DNA of 64,000 nucleotides from Candidatus Gastranaerophilales bacterium (GTDB lineage Bacteria; Cyanobacteriota; Vampirovibrionia; Gastranaerophilales; Gastranaerophilaceae): NCBI GenBank assembly GCA_944323255.1, contig CALURU010000012.1, positions 3,459 to 67,458 of the forward strand, read 5' to 3'. Shown piece by piece: positions 59,047 to 64,000 of this stretch (position 1 is its first letter; each line of letters starts with the position of its first letter). The notes under the pieces were generated by a model. It saw only the letters and a program-made list of their open reading frames with translations, ran no database searches and was not told where the DNA came from. The position numbers and the translations under genes were made by a program.

Positions 59047-61035
59047 TTACATTTTTGAGAAATCTGTTAGTATTATATACTTATTTTTCAAACTCTTCAA
59101 TAGTGCAAGCCTGTTATTTTTAATTTTTTCGTCTTTATCCATGACAAGAACATCGTCAAAGAACTTTGTTACAACAGGATTAATCTCTGTTAATTCTTTG
59201 AGGTAGTTTTTGTAATTACCATCAAATTTTACGTTTTCAACAGCTTTGTACAATTCTTTTTCAGCCTCAAGTACAAAGAGTTCCGGCTTAATTTCTCCGG
59301 CTTCTTCTTTCAGAATTCTTAGAACTCTGTTAGCGTTTTCAACAAGTTTTTCGTCAACTCCTGCTGAAATTGCTTCAACTCTTTTTACATAATCGCAAAA
59401 ATCTTTGCAAGGATTGTTTGTTGAGCATGCCTCGAGAATGTTTTTAGAGTAATCATTATTCAGGAAAATAATTAATCTCTGAACAAAGAATTCTTCCACA
59501 TCTTTTTTAACTTCTGCCTTCATCGGAAGAAGCTCCAGAGTTTCATCAATAAGTTTTGAAACATCAAGTTTTAGATTATGTTCAAGTATTGTTTTAATTA
59601 TACCTAATGCTGCACGTCTTACGCCGAGCGGGTCGGAAGAGCCGGTTGGTTTTTTGCCGGATACAAATACCGCACAGATTGTGTCGATTTTATCTGCAAT
59701 ACCAACAATCTGACCTTCGATTGATTTTGCGGTTTCACTGTCAGCATTGAGCGGGAAGTAATGCTCTTTAATACCTTCCGCAACTTCTGCTGATTCACCG
59801 GAAACTCTTGCATAATCCGCACCGATAAATCCTTGAAGCTCCGTAAATTCAAATACAAGATTTGTTGCTAAATCAGCTTTGCAAAGCTCTGCCGTTCTCT
59901 TGATTGAAGGCTTGTTTACACCGAGTTCTGTTGATATTTTTTCAGAAAGTTTGATAATTCTCTGAGTCTTGTCATAAACAGAGCCCATACCTTTTTGGAA
60001 AGTCATGCCCTTCAGGTTCTCTACATAAGCTTCGAGAGGCTTTTTGGTATCTTCGTTAAAGAAGAATACAGCATCATCCAATCTTGCTTTGATAACTCTC
60101 AAATTACCGGCTTTAATATTTTCAAATTCGTTCCCCGTGTAGTTTGTAATTGTTACGAATTTGTTTGTTAACTTACCTTCTTTAGTATAGAGCGCAAAAT
60201 ATCTCTGGTGGGTTTCCATAACCGTAACTGCGACTTCCTGCGGAATTGTGAGGAATGCTTCATCAAAGCTGCAAACTACGGCAACAGGCCATTCGCAGAG
60301 GAAAGTTACTTCTTCCAATAAATCGTCGGAAATCTTTGTAACCGCATTCAATTTGTCGGCTTCTTTTTTTGTCAACTCTAAAATTTTCTCTTTTCTTTCC
60401 TCCTGATCCACAATTACGCAGGCATCTCTGAGCTTATCTGTGTACTCGTCAGGGTTATTGATTACAATATTTTGTTTTGAAAATCTATGTCCGTTAGTGA
60501 TATTGGAAGAGTCTTTATCAATGATTCGGATTTTAACTTCTTTATTATCCAAAATTGACAATACCCATCTTATTGGTCTTGAAAATTTCACATCATTATT
60601 ACCCCATCTCATAAAGTGAGGTCCTTGAAGTTTTGAAAATATCAGAGGAACATTTTCTTTGAGCAAATCTTTTGTGCTTTTTCCTTTGATAAATATTTTT
60701 GCATAGACGTAATTATCTTCTACATAAAGTTCATCCTTACTAACTCCGTTCTTGTTAGCAAAACCTTCACCGGCTTTTGTAAGTTTGTTATTTTCATCAA
60801 ACGCAACTTTTGCAATAGGACCTTTCACAACTTTTTCGACATCAGGCTGTGCCTCAGCGAGCCCGTCTACAATAACTGCAAGACGTCTCGGTGTTGCCAT
60901 AACTTTAATTTTATCAAATGTTACTTTATTATCCTCTAAAAAAGTTTTAAATCCTCTTTCCAATTGTTCAATTGCCATTGGTATAAATTTATAAGGTAAT
61001 TCTTCTACGCCTACTTCCAATAAATATTTACTCAT
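59047..61035 (-). CDS. glyS: Glycine-tRNA ligase beta subunit
   Basis: LLEVGVEELP, ATPRRLAV, FSRPIRW, ARLDDAVFFF, EFTELQG, EHYFP, PTGSSDPLGVRR. Confidence 0.97.
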   Translation of the reverse strand: MSKYLLEVGVEELPYKFIPMAIEQLERGFKTFLEDNKVTFDKIKVMATPRRLAVIVDGLAEAQPDVEKVVKGPIAKVAFDENNKLTKAGEGFANKNGVSKDELYVEDNYVYAKIFIKGKSTKDLLKENVPLIFSKLQGPHFMRWGNNDVKFSRPIRWVLSILDNKEVKIRIIDKDSSNITNGHRFSKQNIVINNPDEYTDKLRDACVIVDQEERKEKILELTKKEADKLNAVTKISDDLLEEVTFLCEWPVAVVCSFDEAFLTIPQEVAVTVMETHQRYFALYTKEGKLTNKFVTITNYTGNEFENIKAGNLRVIKARLDDAVFFFNEDTKKPLEAYVENLKGMTFQKGMGSVYDKTQRIIKLSEKISTELGVNKPSIKRTAELCKADLATNLVFEFTELQGFIGADYARVSGESAEVAEGIKEHYFPLNADSETAKSIEGQIVGIADKIDTICAVFVSGKKPTGSSDPLGVRRAALGIIKTILEHNLKLDVSKLIDETLELLPMKAEVKKDVEEFFVQRLIIFLNNDYSKNILEACSTNNPCKDFCDYVKRVEAISAGVDEKLVENANRVLRILKEEAGEIKPELFVLEAEKELYKAVENVKFDGNYKNYLKELTEINPVVTKFFDDVLVMDKDEKIKNNRLALLKSLKNKYIILTDFSKM

Positions 61036-61130
61036 TTATATTTCTCCGTTTCTCTTATAAATTATACATGGTAAAGCGAAAATATAAAATTTTATAGCAA
61101 TTTTTTAGTATAAGAATACTTTAATAATAT

Positions 61131-61889
61131 ATGAAGCTTTCGATAATACTGGGGAAAATAGGAACAAGCGAAGAATTTATTCAGCAGGCGTATAAGAAGT
61201 TTTCTGCCAGAGTTCTTGATACTCACAAAACCGACATTATTGCGGCAAAGCAGGATTTCCGTGAAATCGGCGATATGTTTGTGCGCACGGACAGGCTCGA
61301 TAATTTTTGCAATGAAACTTTCAAACTTTCAGAACAGCTTAAAACAAGAGGACAGACAAAAATAAGTGATTTGCTTATAAACGAACTGGGAAAAATTTGC
61401 GTAAGTTTTAATAAGCCCGAAAAAGCGGAAATGTTTTTGAATCTTGCAATAGAAAACTGCCGCAGAAAAAACGATGGTTTGCATGAGCTTGCAAGACTTA
61501 TAGATCTTGAAAAAGTTTATAAATCTCTAAATAATAAAAAAATGTTAATAAATGTTTTGGGAAGAAAGAAGGATTGCTGCAAAAGGATTATCAAAAACTA
61601 TGATGAAAATGCTGCCAACTTTGACAGTATAAATAAAGCTCCGACTCCAAAAGAAGAAGTTCAGGTGCAGCTGGCATTCGCATACTCGGATCTGGCATCA
61701 ATTCTTGCAGGGAAAAAACCTTATGATGCAATAAAAATGTACGAAAAATCCAGAGAAATTTATACAGGTCTAAACCGTCCGAATGAAGTAGCATATCTGG
61801 AAAAAAGAATAAACAGAATGCAGGAAAAGTACAAATCATTATCGGCTAATTTTTCTGAATCTCCTAAATCCAAATCCAAATTAAATTAA
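61131..61889 (+). CDS. Helical TPR-like hypothetical protein
   Basis: TPR-like segments (LINELGKICV..AEMFLNLAIE; LAFAYSDLAS..DAIKMYEKSREI). Confidence 0.6.
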   Translation: MKLSIILGKIGTSEEFIQQAYKKFSARVLDTHKTDIIAAKQDFREIGDMFVRTDRLDNFCNETFKLSEQLKTRGQTKISDLLINELGKICVSFNKPEKAEMFLNLAIENCRRKNDGLHELARLIDLEKVYKSLNNKKMLINVLGRKKDCCKRIIKNYDENAANFDSINKAPTPKEEVQVQLAFAYSDLASILAGKKPYDAIKMYEKSREIYTGLNRPNEVAYLEKRINRMQEKYKSLSANFSESPKSKSKLN

Positions 61890-61897
61890 GTGAAACT

Positions 61898-63121
61898 TTA
61901 TTCCACATCCTGCGGGCTGGTTAAAAAACCCTGTTTAAACGGAACTTCTTTGTTTACAAAACCTGTACGGACAATGTTGCGCCCGAATTTTTTCTCCAAA
62001 ATATCAAGGCTTTTACCCAATTTTTCGTTTTGTTCTTTTTTCTCATTATTGTTAAACAAAAGTAACTGCTCTTCTGTGTTTTCCTTAAAATCTTCAAGTA
62101 CAATTCCAACGCTTCTGTATAATTCATTATTTTGGAACATTTCTTCAAGAACAGGAAATGCACTGCGTGAAATTTCAAACTCAAAATTCGTCGGAGTTTT
62201 TAACTGGACTTTGGAATAAAGAGTTCTAAAATCTTTTGTTTTAAGAAGAACACCTATGGTTGAACATTTGCAGTCAATTTTCCTTAGCCTTGTGCAGCAG
62301 GAATGTATGTGGATTGAAAGTTCGTTTTTCAGAAATTGCAGGTCGGATGAAAATTCTAAAAACGATTTAGTGTCGCTTATTGATTTTGGAAGTTCAACAA
62401 TGTTACTTACGGGCGAAACCATTATTCCGCCAAGTTCTGTCTGTACTCCAAGCCCGTTTTTACCAAATTTTTGCTTGATCCATTTTTCATCACGATTCAC
62501 ATAATCAAGCGCTGTTCTAATTCCCAACCCTCTAAGTTTCACGCCGAGCTTGCGTCCGATTCCCCAGACTTCCTGAATTTCAGTATATTCTAACAGGTGA
62601 TTGATGCCGCATTTCCCGACAAGCGCAACACGTGTTGACGTATTTTTTGCTTTGTCGGATGCTAATTTGGCAAGTGTTTTGGTTCGGCTGATTCCGATTG
62701 TTACAGGAATGTCAACTTCATCAGCTATTCTTTGCTGCAAATCTTTTGCAAGTTGAAAATAGTTTTTCTTATAAAGCCTTGTGAGTCCGGTAAAATCAAC
62801 AAATGCCTCATCAATGGAATAAACTTCAACATTTGGGCTGACTTCTTTTAAGATTGCCATTACCTGTTTTGAAATTTTTGTATAATTGTAATGGTTTGCG
62901 CTTATATAAATACATTCTGGATATTTTTCTACAGCCTGAAACAATGGAATTCCCATAGGGACACCGAGCATTTTCGCCTCTCTGGAGCGGGAAATTATAC
63001 ACCCCCTCTCTCCCGAAACAACGGAAACAGGCAGTCCTTTTAGTTCGGGATTGAGTTTTCTCTCACACGATACGAAAAAACTGTCGCAATCTATTAATGC
63101 TATGTATTTTTGGTTATTCAT
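61898..63121 (-). CDS. umuC: Y-family DNA polymerase, UmuC-like
   Basis: IALIDCDSFFVSCE, GCIISRSREAKMLGVPMG, YSIDEAFVD, TKTLAKLA, EVWGIGRK; the motifs are closer to UmuC than DinB. Confidence 0.75.
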   Translation of the reverse strand: MNNQKYIALIDCDSFFVSCERKLNPELKGLPVSVVSGERGCIISRSREAKMLGVPMGIPLFQAVEKYPECIYISANHYNYTKISKQVMAILKEVSPNVEVYSIDEAFVDFTGLTRLYKKNYFQLAKDLQQRIADEVDIPVTIGISRTKTLAKLASDKAKNTSTRVALVGKCGINHLLEYTEIQEVWGIGRKLGVKLRGLGIRTALDYVNRDEKWIKQKFGKNGLGVQTELGGIMVSPVSNIVELPKSISDTKSFLEFSSDLQFLKNELSIHIHSCCTRLRKIDCKCSTIGVLLKTKDFRTLYSKVQLKTPTNFEFEISRSAFPVLEEMFQNNELYRSVGIVLEDFKENTEEQLLLFNNNEKKEQNEKLGKSLDILEKKFGRNIVRTGFVNKEVPFKQGFLTSPQDVE

Positions 63122-63129
63122 TTTTTTTA

Positions 63130-63157
63130 GTGATTAGTGAGGAGTGAATAGTGAATA
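63130..63157 (+). repeat. Four GTGA heptamers upstream of the polymerase gene
   Basis: GTGATTA GTGAGGA GTGAATA GTGAATA. Confidence 0.75.
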
Positions 63158-63210
63158 GAGTTATTCAGGTCAGGCACATTTTTAAGATTTTTTCATTTAT
63201 CTTAATGCTG

Positions 63211-63432
63211 TCAAAAAGTATAACTCACCTTCTTCTCTTTCCAGTCATAGACTTTTTTCTCCGGCAGAATTTCCATCAAAAGCCCCTGTCTGTAACGTGC
63301 AACATACCATTTGTGAAATCTCAAAGCCCGCTTGATATCCGGAGTCTTGAATTTCTCCGTCCTTTTTCCGCCCCTGATTTCCACAAGTTTATATAACGCC
63401 TTAACTTCTTCCCCTGTATTTATGTCCAGCAT
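63211..63432 (-). CDS. Small hypothetical protein
   Basis: 73-aa ORF co-oriented with flanking genes; no recognised motif. Confidence 0.5.
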   Translation of the reverse strand: MLDINTGEEVKALYKLVEIRGGKRTEKFKTPDIKRALRFHKWYVARYRQGLLMEILPEKKVYDWKEKKVSYTF

Positions 63433-63536
63433 AATTATAGTTTAGCATATTTTTATTAAACAATACAATTAAGCTTGTCTTTACCAAGCCGACATCAATT
63501 CAATGAATCATAAAATGGCATTAATACCTAATAAAA

Positions 63537-63557
63537 ACTCCTGTTATAAACAGGAGT
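63537..63557 (-). terminator. Intrinsic terminator of the 63591-63932 gene
   Basis: ACTCCTGTT-ata-AACAGGAGT with U-run on the minus strand. Confidence 0.75.
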
Positions 63558-63590
63558 CTGGTGTCTTTTGGGAGAAAGAAATTTAACAAA

Positions 63591-63932
63591 TTAAAATCTT
63601 ATAGGAATTCCGACATTAACATATACTCCGCCTCTGTTGCACGGTGTCGGATACCAGTCGTAAAGTCCTACTCTATAATCGCAGTAAGGATAGCCCCAAC
63701 AGCTGCGCCTGGCTAACACTCCGCCGATTATGGCGGAGCCTCTGTAATATCTTGGAGGAGGAGGTGGTGCTATTCTGCCTGATGGCGGTCGATGACCTCT
63801 ATGAATTCCCGGTCCGGCATGCAGAACCCCGCCCGGCGGAGGTCCCCCGGGACCTCCGCCGGGGGCTGCATATACCGGAGATATTATGCTGAAAACTGCT
63901 ATCAAACTTAGTAGAGATAAAACCTTTTTCAT
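63591..63932 (-). CDS. Secreted Gly/Pro-rich small protein
   Basis: Signal peptide (..PVYA), GGPGGPPPGG, PPPPPRYY, C-terminal VNVGIPIRF. Confidence 0.7.
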   Translation of the reverse strand: MKKVLSLLSLIAVFSIISPVYAAPGGGPGGPPPGGVLHAGPGIHRGHRPPSGRIAPPPPPRYYRGSAIIGGVLARRSCWGYPYCDYRVGLYDWYPTPCNRGGVYVNVGIPIRF

Positions 63933-64000
63933 ACGTCACCTCCGTTTCTTATTTATATAACGATATGTTTTTTTATATGTTCATTTTTGTAAAAATTTTA

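Noticed and set aside
59047-61035. glyS without adjacent glyQ
   Set aside because: Unlinked alpha and beta subunit genes are common, including in cyanobacteria.

Overview
Low-GC bacterial chromosome segment, most likely Vampirovibrionia/Melainabacteria (Gastranaerophilales-like). This is an inference from cyanobacteria-like housekeeping genes alongside flagellar-export and chemosensory genes, with no photosynthesis genes in the window. Housekeeping content includes recA, nadK, dnaK, smc-scpA-scpB, secG, tcdA, rnhB, glnA, hom, thyX, glyS, an RpoD-like sigma factor, ClC, MATE and a UmuC-like polymerase. I saw no rRNA, tRNA, CRISPR array or transposase. Four themes stand out. (1) A GGGGTAAA(T) motif occurs at least nine times, always on the locally transcribed strand. 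At three unrelated loci (after smc, inside scpB, inside an M3 peptidase) it anchors diverged direct duplications with exactly 54-bp period. It also forms the 5' end of a predicted ~50-nt sRNA with a near-consensus sigma70 promoter and terminator behind recA. (2) A flagellum-derived export locus has injectisome-like traits. These are a FliM-FliN fusion without the CheY-binding peptide but with an internal RBS+ATG (SctQ-like tandem translation), a short FliP without signal peptide, a C-terminally extended FliQ, and an inserted pilus/secretin-N-like protein. Elsewhere, flaG-fliS-fliT-like genes lack fliC/fliD and are followed by a Fic-like candidate effector. (3) A c-di-GMP module comprises a Wsp-like chemosensory cluster, a FimV/HubP-like acidic membrane protein and a MshEN-motif protein. 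(4) Mosaic intergenic elements are built from GTGA-heptamer/octamer arrays, GTAG-REP-like hairpins and CCCTCACCC/CCCTCTCCC elements. All family calls come from motif recognition by eye; no database searches were run.
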